A program made the translations under genes and the position numbers. DNA of 53,312 nt, from contig CAVVMY010000002.1 of the NCBI GenBank assembly GCA_963749405.1, forward strand, positions 1 through 53,312, written 5' to 3'. Positions 19,818 to 29,266 of the stretch are shown here, in pieces; position 1 is the first letter of the stretch; every line of letters starts with the position of its first letter. The DNA is from Candidatus Altiarchaeales archaeon. Its GTDB lineage: Archaea; Altiarchaeota; Altiarchaeia; IMC4; QMZM01. The notes under the pieces were generated by a model that was given only the letters and a program-made list of their open reading frames with translations, made no database searches and was not told where the DNA came from.

Positions 19818-20549
19818 ATGGAAACCCAAAATTCAATGTTCGGCAGACCTGTAAATAAGAACTACCGCCTAAAAAAGTCGCCTCTGGGGAGAGAAGGGAG
19901 TGAAAAAGGCATACACCGAAAGGCCGCCCCAAGCGTACTCGTCCTATTTATACTTCTGACCGGGATCGTGGCATGCTCTGCGACCCTCATAATCGCACAG
20001 AACACGGCCCCCAAGGACAAGACATCTTCAGAGTGGTTCGATGAATCAGTCACAGGGGAGCAGGCAGCAGACACGACCATGCCAGATGCCTTAGCTGCTT
20101 CCACCCAGGCCACTTCAACGATTCCAGGCACAACCGAAGCAACCGAAGAAACCACCTCATCGACGACATCAACGACAACGCCTACGACAACGACAACATC
20201 AACTACCCTCCCTTCGGCCCAGGACACCTTGACAGATGCAAACACCACAGAAATCACCGAAGAAACTGCTTTCACATCGACAACTATAACAACTACGACA
20301 ACACCTACGACAAAACCAGCCGCAAAGAAATTGAAGGTAAAGACCACTACAACGACGACTACCACGACACTCCCCTGCGGCGGAGACCTTGAGGCCCCGT
20401 GCAAAGCTGACAACGGCAATTACGTCTGCAATGAAGGAAACATACTCGGAGGAGAGAATATATGCCACACCCCGACATGCCTGCCCTCAGTCGACAGCGG
20501 ACTCCATGAGGGCAACTGCGGCGCCTTCGCCCTGAAATTCTGCCAATAA
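19818..20549 (+). CDS. Membrane-anchored Thr-rich stalk protein with C-terminal 7-Cys domain (paralogue 1)
   Basis: Basic N-terminus, one TM helix, long Thr tracts, Cys domain ending GNCGAFALKFCQ. Confidence 0.8.
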   Translation: METQNSMFGRPVNKNYRLKKSPLGREGSEKGIHRKAAPSVLVLFILLTGIVACSATLIIAQNTAPKDKTSSEWFDESVTGEQAADTTMPDALAASTQATSTIPGTTEATEETTSSTTSTTTPTTTTTSTTLPSAQDTLTDANTTEITEETAFTSTTITTTTTPTTKPAAKKLKVKTTTTTTTTTLPCGGDLEAPCKADNGNYVCNEGNILGGENICHTPTCLPSVDSGLHEGNCGAFALKFCQ

Positions 20550-20562
20550 AGACAATAAAGAC

Positions 20563-20590
20563 CCGAGCTTACAAGACCGAGCTTACAAGA
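20563..20590. repeat. Tandem 14-bp direct repeat (ccgagcttacaaga x2)
   Basis: Read directly; preceded by caataaaga x2 (20544-20561). Confidence 0.8.
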
Positions 20591-20808
20591 TATTCTTTAA
20601 TAGTGAAATAAAGGATTCTATCAACGAACTATACTCCTTATAAAGGCAAAGAGAACATCCGCCAGGCCTAAACAGGAGGTATAAGGTGTATATGCCGAAA
20701 AGAATCGCAAATATAACAAAAGCCTTTTCAATCCGCCTGTCTATTTTGACCATTTTAAGGATATTTATATTATAATTACCTATTAATACTTAATGTGCGC
20801 TGAAAAAC

Positions 20809-21390
20809 GTGAGCTTCTCTCCTGGGTCAAAGACGTTTCCAAGATTCTCAGGGGTTGAAACAATAGTCGTCAAGGAGCGTGAATTTTCAAGGCCTCTGTC
20901 CGAAACACTACTGCTGTTTACCTTATTGATAACCATGACTTTGGCGGTTTCCGCGGCTTACTACCTTGAACTGCCGGCCGGCCCGCAACACCTGACAGAG
21001 CAGACCCAGATCCAGTCTCTGACGGCAGAACCGATTCTAAGCGAAGCCATATCGTCGACCGAGGCATCGACCACTTCAGAGATAGCCACCACGGAGCCTG
21101 TAACTACCGAACCTCCGACAACGGAGCCTACCACAACAACGGAGGCGACTACAACCACTTCTACGACTACTACGACTACCACATCATCTACCACATCCAC
21201 AACCATTAAATGCGGCTACAACAATGAGACGCCTTGCGTCACAGGCACAGGGCTTGAATGCAAACCTGGGAACGTTATTGGTTCCGAGGGCTTATGCCAC
21301 CAGACGAACTGCGTGAAGAACGTGCCAAGCGGAATGAATGACGGCAACTGTGGTGCATTCGCGCTTTCATACTGCGACGAAGCCGAATAA
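20809..21390 (+). CDS. Membrane-anchored Thr-rich stalk protein with C-terminal 7-Cys domain (paralogue 2)
   Basis: TM helix, TTEP repeats and Thr tracts, Cys domain ending GNCGAFALSYCDEAE. Confidence 0.8.
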   Translation: MSFSPGSKTFPRFSGVETIVVKEREFSRPLSETLLLFTLLITMTLAVSAAYYLELPAGPQHLTEQTQIQSLTAEPILSEAISSTEASTTSEIATTEPVTTEPPTTEPTTTTEATTTTSTTTTTTTSSTTSTTIKCGYNNETPCVTGTGLECKPGNVIGSEGLCHQTNCVKNVPSGMNDGNCGAFALSYCDEAE

Positions 21391-21475
21391 GCGTGATTCG
21401 ATGAACGGTTTTCTTCTCTTTTTATGCAATAGAGCACATCCTTTGACTGCCCGCCGGATCAACAGATAATTCAAA

Positions 21476-21843
21476 ATGGCTGAAAACAAAACAAAGACAA
21501 CGCTGATATACGCATGCAACGGCGTATCCGCCTACGGCCGGCTGACCAATGAAACCGCAAACGAGCTGGAGAAAAAAAAGGGATAGGGCAAAAAGCATGC
21601 CTGGCAGGAGTGGGTGCAGGAATAGAGTTCAAGATAAAAACAGCAAAAGAAGCAGACGTCAGGATCGCACTAGACGGCTGCAAGCTCTGCTGCGTTAAAA
21701 GAATACTTGAGAATGCAGGGATCAATGATAGCATAAGTATAGTGGCCCAGGAGTCCGGGATAAGGCTCATCGGTGAAAAGCCCACTGAGGAAGAGATAAA
21801 AAAATTCGTGGATTATGTGGAAAAAAGGCTGACTGACAAATAA
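21476..21843 (+). CDS. DGC domain putative zinc-binding protein (frameshift in the A-run at ~21572-21579)
   Basis: MAENKTKTTLIYACNGVSAYGRLTNETA joins KACLAGVG...IALDGCKLCCVKRIL after removing one A. Confidence 0.85.
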
Positions 21844-21883
21844 TAAATCCGTAAACCAATAGGCATTAAGTGAACTAAAAAAA

Positions 21884-22036
21884 ATGGCTGTAAAAGAAAA
21901 AAAGAAGAAAGGAGTCCTTTCAGGGCTTTTGGACAAGGCAGACAAAAAGGCGGAAGAAAAGGAAAACGTAGACTGCGGATGCGGATGCTGCTGCACGTCC
22001 GAGAAAGACGAAAAGAAGAGAGGATGCTGCGGTTAG
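21884..22036 (+). CDS. 50-aa Lys/Cys-rich micro-protein
   Basis: MAVKEKKKKGVLSGLLDKADKKAEEKENVDCGCGCCCTSEKDEKKRGCCG*; follows the DGC gene on the same strand and overlaps the valS stop by 4 nt. Confidence 0.7.
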   Translation: MAVKEKKKKGVLSGLLDKADKKAEEKENVDCGCGCCCTSEKDEKKRGCCG

Positions 22037-24435
22037 AACTCGAAGTTTATCACAAACCTCTCCACATCCTCTGATCCGCTAATACCCAGCTTCTTTATCT
22101 TTCCTGTCCCTTCGATATCCTGGCGGATGAGTTCGACCTTGTCCAGATACTCCGGCCCGCAGGTTATCTCCACAGCTTCGAGGTCGCTTCCAAGCGATAC
22201 GCCTTTGTCGGATTTGTATTTCCTTATCTGTCCTATGATGTCTTTTGCTATCTCGCCTATTTCCTCGGCCTCTTTATCCAGGAGTTCCGGGTCCGCAGTG
22301 GGCCACTTCGGCGCAGCGCTGCAGTCTTCGTTGAGCAGGTTCTCTCTCAACTCGTCGGATATGAAAGGAGTGAACGGATAAAGCAGTTTCACTACTGAGG
22401 AGATGACAGTCTTCATTGTGTACTGCGCAGATCTGCGTTCGTCTGCGCCGTATATTTCCGGCTTGTATAGTCGGTGTTTCACCATCTCCAGGTAGTTGTC
22501 TGCGAGGTCGCGCCAGATGAATGAGCGGATGTCGCTTATCGGTGTGTTGAACATGTACTGGTCGAGGCTTACTGTGCTGTTCTCGATGAGGACTTGCAGG
22601 CGGGAGAGTATCCATTTGTCGACCATGGTCAGTTTCTCAGGGGGTTTTCCGTCGTAGTCTGCTAGGTGCATCTCCGTGAATTTGGCGATGTTCCAAAGCT
22701 TTGTCAGGAATTTCTGGGAGTGCTCGCATTCCTCGAAACTGAATGGGTAGTCGTCGCCTAAGCTCCCTCCTGCCGCCCACTGCCGGATAGAGTCAGCAGA
22801 GTATTTCTTCATCGGCTCCTCTGGTGCGACCACGTTGCCCAGGGACTTGGACATCTTCCTGCCGTCCGGCCCGCAGACCATGCCGTTTATGCAGAGGTCC
22901 TTGAAGCAGGCTTTGTTCGTGAGTATGAGGTTTCGGTAAATCGTGTAAAAAGTCCAGGTCCTTATTATCTCGTAGCCCTGAGGCCTCAAAGACGCAGGAT
23001 AGGTCTTCCTATGGAATTCTTCATCCACTCCCCATTTTGTTATGCGCAGAGGCGACACAGAAGAATCAACCCAGCAGTCGCAGACATCGGTTTCTCCGAC
23101 CGCATCTCCTCCGCACTTCGGGCATTTCTTCACAGTCCCGCGCGGATCGATTGGCAGCTCCTCCTTTGTCGCAGGCATCACTGCCCCGCAGCTGCATACC
23201 CAGAAGGGGATAGGGGTTCCGAACACTCTCTGCCGGGAGATTATCCAGTCCCAGTCCATTGACTCCGTCCAGTCAATAAGGCGGCCGAGCATGTATTCAG
23301 GATACCAGTGCATCTCCTTTGCCTTGGCAACGATATCCGGGATCGACTCCCGGACTTTGATGAACCACTGCTCCATCGGAAGTAGTTCGATAGGCGCTTT
23401 GCATGAGCTTCTTTCCACGTGGCATAGGACGTTGTGCTTTAGTTCGTCTATCTTTCTGATGACTCCGCTCTGTTCAAGATCTTCTGCGATGACTTTTCTT
23501 GCTTCCTCTGCTTTCATCCCGGCGTATTTACCTGCGTCCTGCGTCATCCTGCCTCTTTTGTCTATCGCTTCGATGACAGGCAGCTTGTATTTCTTCTGCC
23601 AGGCAATGTCCTGCTCGTCTCCGAAAGTACACAAATAGACGACGCCTGTACCGAATTCCTTGTCTACTGCATCGTCTGCTATTACCGGAACATCTCTTTC
23701 AAAGATAGGGAGCCTGGCCGTCTTGCCTACAAACTTAGTGTAACGCGCATCAGACGGGTTCACAAGAACTGCGACACATGCAGGCATCATCTCAGGCCGG
23801 GTCGTTGCAATAGTGAGCTTGCGGCCGTCGCTTACAAGGTCTATGTGATACAGTTTCCCCTCTTTTTCAACGTATCCTATCTCGGCCTTTGCAAGCGCTG
23901 TCCCGCACTTCGGGCACCAGAGGATGGGATGCTTTTCCCTGTAAAGAAGGTTCTTTTCATAGAAAATGAGAAGCGTCTTCTGAACCATCGCCTTGTACGA
24001 GTCGTCCATGGTTCTGTAGGTGTAGTTCCAGTCAGTCGAATAACCGATGGAATTAAACTGCGTCTTCATCCTCGCAATCGCAGTATCAGTCCACTCCATG
24101 CATTTAGCGATGAACTCCTCGCGGTTGTCCCTCCTGATTTTGAATTCCTTTTCTACCCTCTGCTCTGTCGGAAGGCCGTGACAGTCGAATCCCTGCGGCA
24201 GATAAACATTGTAGCCAGTCATACGCTTGTAGCGCGCGATTATGTCGATCCACGTATGATTATAGATATGGCCCATATGCAGCGTCCCTGACGTGAAAGG
24301 AGGAGGGGTGTCAAAGGAATAGACCTTTTCCTGCTTCGCAGCATCGAATCTGTTCACGCCTGACTCCAGCCACTTCTTCTGCCACTTCTCTTCGATCTTC
24401 CGGAAATCATAGCTCTTGTCTAAGATGAGGACCAC
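22033..24435 (-). CDS. valS: Valyl-tRNA synthetase (archaeal type)
   Basis: DTPPPFTSGTLHMGH, TIATTRPE, DWIISRQRVFGTPIP, RPQGYEIIRTW, KMSKS. Confidence 0.96.
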   Translation of the reverse strand: MVLILDKSYDFRKIEEKWQKKWLESGVNRFDAAKQEKVYSFDTPPPFTSGTLHMGHIYNHTWIDIIARYKRMTGYNVYLPQGFDCHGLPTEQRVEKEFKIRRDNREEFIAKCMEWTDTAIARMKTQFNSIGYSTDWNYTYRTMDDSYKAMVQKTLLIFYEKNLLYREKHPILWCPKCGTALAKAEIGYVEKEGKLYHIDLVSDGRKLTIATTRPEMMPACVAVLVNPSDARYTKFVGKTARLPIFERDVPVIADDAVDKEFGTGVVYLCTFGDEQDIAWQKKYKLPVIEAIDKRGRMTQDAGKYAGMKAEEARKVIAEDLEQSGVIRKIDELKHNVLCHVERSSCKAPIELLPMEQWFIKVRESIPDIVAKAKEMHWYPEYMLGRLIDWTESMDWDWIISRQRVFGTPIPFWVCSCGAVMPATKEELPIDPRGTVKKCPKCGGDAVGETDVCDCWVDSSVSPLRITKWGVDEEFHRKTYPASLRPQGYEIIRTWTFYTIYRNLILTNKACFKDLCINGMVCGPDGRKMSKSLGNVVAPEEPMKKYSADSIRQWAAGGSLGDDYPFSFEECEHSQKFLTKLWNIAKFTEMHLADYDGKPPEKLTMVDKWILSRLQVLIENSTVSLDQYMFNTPISDIRSFIWRDLADNYLEMVKHRLYKPEIYGADERRSAQYTMKTVISSVVKLLYPFTPFISDELRENLLNEDCSAAPKWPTADPELLDKEAEEIGEIAKDIIGQIRKYKSDKGVSLGSDLEAVEITCGPEYLDKVELIRQDIEGTGKIKKLGISGSEDVERFVINFEF

Positions 24436-24571
24436 CTGAAAAAAGTAATAGTTTTTATATGGGATTAAGAGAATTTAATATGGGATAACTACTCCAACAC
24501 GCAAGCAATCTTCTCCTTCAGTTTTTTTTCGAGAATTGTTTATTTTTCCTAAAAAGCCATATAACCACGTA

Positions 24572-25252
24572 ATGAAACTATGCGTGCTCTTCTCTGGAGG
24601 GAAAGACTCGACGATGGCGCTCTATCGCGGAATGGAAGAGCACAAAATAACCGTCCTGCTTTCGATGATCCCTAAAAGCGACGAGAGCTACATGTATCAC
24701 GTTCCCAATATAGAGCTGACCAAATATTCGGCAGAAGCGCTTGATCTACCCATCGTTCTGAAGGAGACGAGCGGTAAGCCCCCCCAGGAGAATGCGGACC
24801 TGTTGGACGCCCTGGAGGAAATAAAGGAGGAGTATGGCATCGAAGGCGTTGCAGCAGGCGCGATCGGCTCGAATTACCAGTATAACATAGTCGCAGGCAT
24901 ATGCAAAGAACTTGGCCTTGCCTCATATACGCCCTATTGGCAGAGGGATCACGGGGTATTGATAAAAGATGCGTTGGATGCTGGTTTTGAGATTGTCTTT
25001 GTCGGCGTTGCGGCGGGCGGGCTTGATGAGTCGTGGCTTGGGAGAAAGCTGGATTATGATGCCCTTGAAGACCTAAAGAAAATCCGCAGGAAAGCGGGGA
25101 TAGACATCGGCGGCGAAGGCGGAGAATATGAGACATTCGTGGTCGACGGCCCGGTATTTAAGAAGAGGCTGGAGATACTGAAGGCCCGCAAGGTATGGGA
25201 CGGAGTGCGGGGACATTTTATTATAGAAGACCTGCGTCTCGTAGACAAGTGA
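24572..25252 (+). CDS. Diphthine--ammonia ligase (Dph6 family ATP pyrophosphatase)
   Basis: LFSGGKDS, SYMYH, GAIGSNYQ, GEGGEYETFVVDGP. Confidence 0.9.
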   Translation: MKLCVLFSGGKDSTMALYRGMEEHKITVLLSMIPKSDESYMYHVPNIELTKYSAEALDLPIVLKETSGKPPQENADLLDALEEIKEEYGIEGVAAGAIGSNYQYNIVAGICKELGLASYTPYWQRDHGVLIKDALDAGFEIVFVGVAAGGLDESWLGRKLDYDALEDLKKIRRKAGIDIGGEGGEYETFVVDGPVFKKRLEILKARKVWDGVRGHFIIEDLRLVDK

Positions 25253-25257
25253 AGATT

Positions 25258-25647
25258 TTATTTTTTGAGTTTTAGTATGCGCAGTGCCAGGTGCGCTGCG
25301 TTTGCTCCGTTATCTATGCCTACGCAGGCGACTGGGACGCCTGGAGGCATCTGGGCTATCGAGAGAAGTGAGTCCATTCCTCCGAGTTTTGAGGAGACTG
25401 GGACGCCTATTACTGGTTTGTCTGTCAGTGCCGCCACAGCCCCCGGGAGAGCTGCTGATAGCCCTGCTATGCAGATGTATATTTTGGCCTGGGATTTTTT
25501 TACTGTTTGTTCCAGCCTCTTTGGCTCTCTGTGGAAAGAGCAGTATTCTATTGCGTAGCCGGCTTTGGCCTCCTTCAGGATGGATTCGGCCTTGTCCACT
25601 ACTTCTTTATCTGATTTGCTGCCTGCGATGATTAATATATCCGCCAT
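25258..25647 (-). CDS. purE: N5-CAIR mutase / AIR carboxylase
   Basis: [43 protein letters not shown]. Confidence 0.95.
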   Translation of the reverse strand: MADILIIAGSKSDKEVVDKAESILKEAKAGYAIEYCSFHREPKRLEQTVKKSQAKIYICIAGLSAALPGAVAALTDKPVIGVPVSSKLGGMDSLLSIAQMPPGVPVACVGIDNGANAAHLALRILKLKK

Positions 25648-25668
25648 GTTTAATTATTTAAACAGGAA

Positions 25669-26475
25669 ATGATAAAAATCGCAATAATCGGCTTCGGCCG
25701 CATGGGAAAGGAGGTATTGAGAGAATGCCTCGAAGAAAAATTAAAGGTCGTCGCAGTAGTTGATGCTCCGCAGAGCCCATTCATAGGAAAGGATGCTGGA
25801 AGCATGATCGGGCTTGAGGCTCTCGGCGTTCAGGTCACAAGCGCGGCGGACCTTTCCAGGACACTTGAAAAGACTGCGCCGGATGTGGCGATAGATTTCA
25901 CAAGCCCGCAGGCAACGTTAAAGAACTCCAGGATAGTTGCTGACAGGGGGATAAACATGGTCATAGGGACTACGGGTCTTTCTGAGAAGGATATCTCTGA
26001 GATAAAGGAGATCGTGAAGAAGAAAAATGTGGGAGCTGTTCTTTCTCCTAACATGAGCATAGGGGTTAACGTCTTCTGGAAGATCGTGGAAAAAGCTGCC
26101 GGGCTTCTGCCGGATTACGATATCGAGATATTGGAGAAGCATCACCGCTTCAAGAAGGATGCGCCTTCCGGCACTGCCCTGAAGACTGCACAGGTGATAG
26201 AGGACGCACTTGCGCGTAGCCTCCAGGAAGACGCGGTCTATGGTAGGAAAGGCCTCTCTGAGAGAAAGAAACACGAGATAGGCATACATGCGATAAGAGC
26301 AGGAGACATCGTGGGAGAGCATACCGTTCTTTTCGGAACCCTTGGAGAGAGATTGGAGATAACGCATGTAGCACATTCGCGCGCAACTCTCAGCAGGGGC
26401 GCAGTATTCGCAGCCAGATACGTGCACGGAAAAAAAGGATTCTACGGCATGAACGACGTTTTGGGACTGGACTGA
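25669..26475 (+). CDS. dapB: 4-hydroxy-tetrahydrodipicolinate reductase
   Basis: GFGRMG, IGTTG, EKHHRFKKDAPSGTA, RAGDIVGEH. Confidence 0.96.
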   Translation: MIKIAIIGFGRMGKEVLRECLEEKLKVVAVVDAPQSPFIGKDAGSMIGLEALGVQVTSAADLSRTLEKTAPDVAIDFTSPQATLKNSRIVADRGINMVIGTTGLSEKDISEIKEIVKKKNVGAVLSPNMSIGVNVFWKIVEKAAGLLPDYDIEILEKHHRFKKDAPSGTALKTAQVIEDALARSLQEDAVYGRKGLSERKKHEIGIHAIRAGDIVGEHTVLFGTLGERLEITHVAHSRATLSRGAVFAARYVHGKKGFYGMNDVLGLD

Positions 26476-26494
26476 TCGAGAAACAGACAACCGC

Positions 26495-26611
26495 TCATTC
26501 TTCTGCAACTTCGCTGTAGTCGCAATTGCCGTCATCGTAGTACTTGCACTTCTTGCAGCAGTCGCTACGTTCGTCGCACGAAGCGTATTGGGGGCAGTCT
26601 TCGCAGCACAT
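26495..26611 (-). CDS. 38-aa, 8-Cys micro-protein (metallothionein/zinc-finger-like)
   Basis: MCCEDCPQYASCDERSDCCKKCKYYDDGNCDYSEVAEE*; TATA-like tttatata about 25-35 nt upstream on the minus strand. Confidence 0.7.
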   Translation of the reverse strand: MCCEDCPQYASCDERSDCCKKCKYYDDGNCDYSEVAEE

Positions 26612-26656
26612 TTTGTTTAACAATATACGCGAGGAAGTATATAAATAAAAGAAAAA

Positions 26657-27436
26657 TCAATACCATCCGAACAACTTTTTTTCCCGGCCATGCCTGGCGC
26701 CGCCCCAGGACACCACTTCCAATCCCTTGGTGATGTTGTCGGGATCCCTGCGGTCTGAGGATTTTTTGGCAAGCATCGCGGGATAATCTGACAACGCCTT
26801 TTTTGCAAGGCCCGCATCCATTCCAAGCGTTATCCCGACAGAATAGAGGTCCTGCGGGGAGCGCATGCCGAAGCGGTCTTTTGCGCCGCTGGTCAGCACA
26901 ATAGGTGTTCCGTATTTTTTGGCGAGCATTATGTTCTGTCTCATACGGCCCATGAGCTGCGCCCTTGCCGTACCGTAACAGGACAGAAGCTCTGAGAGGC
27001 TTATCTCCAGAGCGATCCCTCTCTCGGCCATGAAACGCGCCATGACGTCGTCTATGCCGGAAAATTTCTGATCCATTAAGTCCTTACCCGAGACGCGCTC
27101 AGGATGGCATAATACATCCACCTCCCAGCACTCGGCTGCTGCGCGGTTTATCTCCTCGTCCCCGCCTGCGACGAGAATTATTTCAGCGCCAGATTCCAAA
27201 GCAGAACGCGCCCTCTTCTGCACCTCGCCGGGCTCTTTGGCAGAGATACGCGCACCAGTAAGAACTTCGATTTCTGACTTCTTTCGCAATTCAAGGATAC
27301 CTGAGGCGAACAACTTGAATCCCTGATCGAATGGCCTGACGATGCACACCCCCCGCCAGCCCAGGCTCCGCGAAAAGGTGTTCACTTCACAGGGATCGGG
27401 GACCTCTGTGCGCAGGTCACATGGGTGATTCTTCAT
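26657..27436 (-). CDS. rnp3: Ribonuclease P protein component 3 (Rpp30)
   Basis: GGDEEINRAAAE, VDVLCHP, IALEI, PIVLTSGA...MRSP, C-terminal GLEVV. Confidence 0.9.
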   Translation of the reverse strand: MKNHPCDLRTEVPDPCEVNTFSRSLGWRGVCIVRPFDQGFKLFASGILELRKKSEIEVLTGARISAKEPGEVQKRARSALESGAEIILVAGGDEEINRAAAECWEVDVLCHPERVSGKDLMDQKFSGIDDVMARFMAERGIALEISLSELLSCYGTARAQLMGRMRQNIMLAKKYGTPIVLTSGAKDRFGMRSPQDLYSVGITLGMDAGLAKKALSDYPAMLAKKSSDRRDPDNITKGLEVVSWGGARHGREKKLFGWY

Positions 27437-27512
27437 TTTTCAGGGAAAGAATAGGTATTAATATAGATTTATATATGGTTTGGTAATACGTAAATAGTTC
27501 ATATCTTTTAAA

Positions 27513-29255
27513 ATGCGTAAAATAGTATTTTATTTATTGCTTGTGTCCCTGCTATTGTCTGGGCTGGCGTTGAATGCCTCAGCAGATGCTCAGTGCACTG
27601 GCGGAAATGGAAATCCCTGTGTTGCATCATATGTCTATGCTATAAACGCTAATGGCGAAGCCTCTGGTTCTGGAGAGGGTGACGGCGCTGAGCCGGGCCT
27701 TTATGTGTCTTACTGTGTAGGGAACGGCGTGAAGGTGTTCTGGTGTGATACTGCTATCACAAGCGGTTACAACTTTAATCCCTCAATTTCCTGCGGACTG
27801 GCCGGCGATGCAAAGAATACGCCTGAGACAGTTTCCATAACCATTACCAGACTGGACGGCTCGACCAAGACGGTTAATGCCTGTCGATGCAGAGCGGATT
27901 CGGATTACTGCACTGGACAGGCGACAGGGTCTACTACTACGTCTAGCACAAATACGCCTGGCACAAATGCGAGCAATCAATCGTCCGGCGGGGGGAATGA
28001 GGGCGGGGTTCTCGACCAGATCAAGACTGCGGTCTACACCATTCTTATAACGCTCTACTGCATTGTTCTTTACGTAGCATCCGCGGTAGCGGCGTTGTTC
28101 ATCATCCTGACAGGCGTTAAGTATATGCTCTCAGAGGATGAAAGCGGCAGGGTCGAATCCAGGAGGAGGCTAACCTATGCGCTTGTAGGTCTGATGTTCG
28201 TAGCGCTTGCATGTCCTTTGATAAACATGCTTTTCTCAGGCTCGGATATCGGAGTCCCTGACAGCACCGGAAAGAAAGTTCCATGCCCTGGCTGCCCACT
28301 CATACCTGGCGGAACAAACGGGATTTTGGGTGGAGGAGGCATAACCCCTAACCCGACGCCAAGCAACCCGACAAAGACCTGCGCCGAACAGGGGGGCCTG
28401 TGCTGCCAGAGCGGCGAAATCGGCAGAGGAACAAGGTATACGGCAACTGACTGCACTGTTTGCTTTGATATCTGCGAAACGAGCTCTAACCAAAACACCA
28501 AGTATGGGTCATGTGCAGCGGCATGCAAAGATGCAAAAAACACCGCAGGAAATCTGATAGGATACTCAAGCGGGAATTGTAAATCGGCCTGCACAGCCTC
28601 ATCCGAGGACGAAGTAAGCAGTTTCACCTGCAGCGGGACAGACAAGTGCTGCTGCACTCCTAAAGGAGGATCCTCAACCCCCACGACCTGCGATGCCGCC
28701 TGCAAGGCGCAGACTGATACCAGTGGAAATCCGAAATACACGGGCGGACAATGCGTACAGACATGCGATACCGCGAACAACAATGAAGTATACAACCAGT
28801 TCGACTGCACCAAGGAAGGAAAGCCGGCAGGCAACACATGCTGCTGCGCGATCAAAACCGTTGCCCCCCACAGCCTTAACTGGGGAGCGGCATGCCAGCA
28901 TTCAATCGAGTGCGTCAGCGGCTACTACTGCGGCGGAGGATTCCCTAATTGGAAATGTATCCCGAATGCCGGCGAGAATGTGAACTGCAACCCGGACCAG
29001 GAGGTGGACGGAAAATTCATATTGATATGTCAAAGCAGCCTTTTTTGCAAGACGACAGTTGTGAATGGAGTTGAATTCAAGTCCTGCCAGAAGCCAACGA
29101 ACACGCAGAGCTGCATAGGCAGCGGAGGACACTGCTGTGACATGAGCATTACAGGCACTACATGCGACACAGAGATACCTTTGACTAAGGATATGTGGAC
29201 AGAGCCTGAATGCGCAGGCGACAATGTCAAATGCTGCACGGTATGCAGAAGCTAA
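27513..29255 (+). CDS. Secreted/membrane protein with internal TrbC/VirB2 pilin-like hairpin and Cys-rich repeats
   Basis: Signal peptide; two TM helices joined by GVKYMLSEDESGRVESRRRLTYALVGL; many Cys-rich modules. Confidence 0.7.
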   Translation: MRKIVFYLLLVSLLLSGLALNASADAQCTGGNGNPCVASYVYAINANGEASGSGEGDGAEPGLYVSYCVGNGVKVFWCDTAITSGYNFNPSISCGLAGDAKNTPETVSITITRLDGSTKTVNACRCRADSDYCTGQATGSTTTSSTNTPGTNASNQSSGGGNEGGVLDQIKTAVYTILITLYCIVLYVASAVAALFIILTGVKYMLSEDESGRVESRRRLTYALVGLMFVALACPLINMLFSGSDIGVPDSTGKKVPCPGCPLIPGGTNGILGGGGITPNPTPSNPTKTCAEQGGLCCQSGEIGRGTRYTATDCTVCFDICETSSNQNTKYGSCAAACKDAKNTAGNLIGYSSGNCKSACTASSEDEVSSFTCSGTDKCCCTPKGGSSTPTTCDAACKAQTDTSGNPKYTGGQCVQTCDTANNNEVYNQFDCTKEGKPAGNTCCCAIKTVAPHSLNWGAACQHSIECVSGYYCGGGFPNWKCIPNAGENVNCNPDQEVDGKFILICQSSLFCKTTVVNGVEFKSCQKPTNTQSCIGSGGHCCDMSITGTTCDTEIPLTKDMWTEPECAGDNVKCCTVCRS

Positions 29256-29266
29256 AAGAAAAAAGA

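Noticed and set aside
20544-20590. 9-bp and 14-bp tandem duplications after the first stalk gene
   Set aside because: Only two copies each; compatible with slippage or consensus error, and no function can be inferred.
20090-21210. acaacg/actacc-type short repeats as a CRISPR array or VNTR
   Set aside because: They are Thr codon runs inside the two stalk proteins, with no constant repeat-spacer period and no cas genes.
21580-21600. In-frame TAG in the DGC gene as pyrrolysine or stop-codon readthrough
   Set aside because: The downstream homologous sequence is in another frame, so an extra A in the preceding run explains it. Other genes use TAG as a normal stop.
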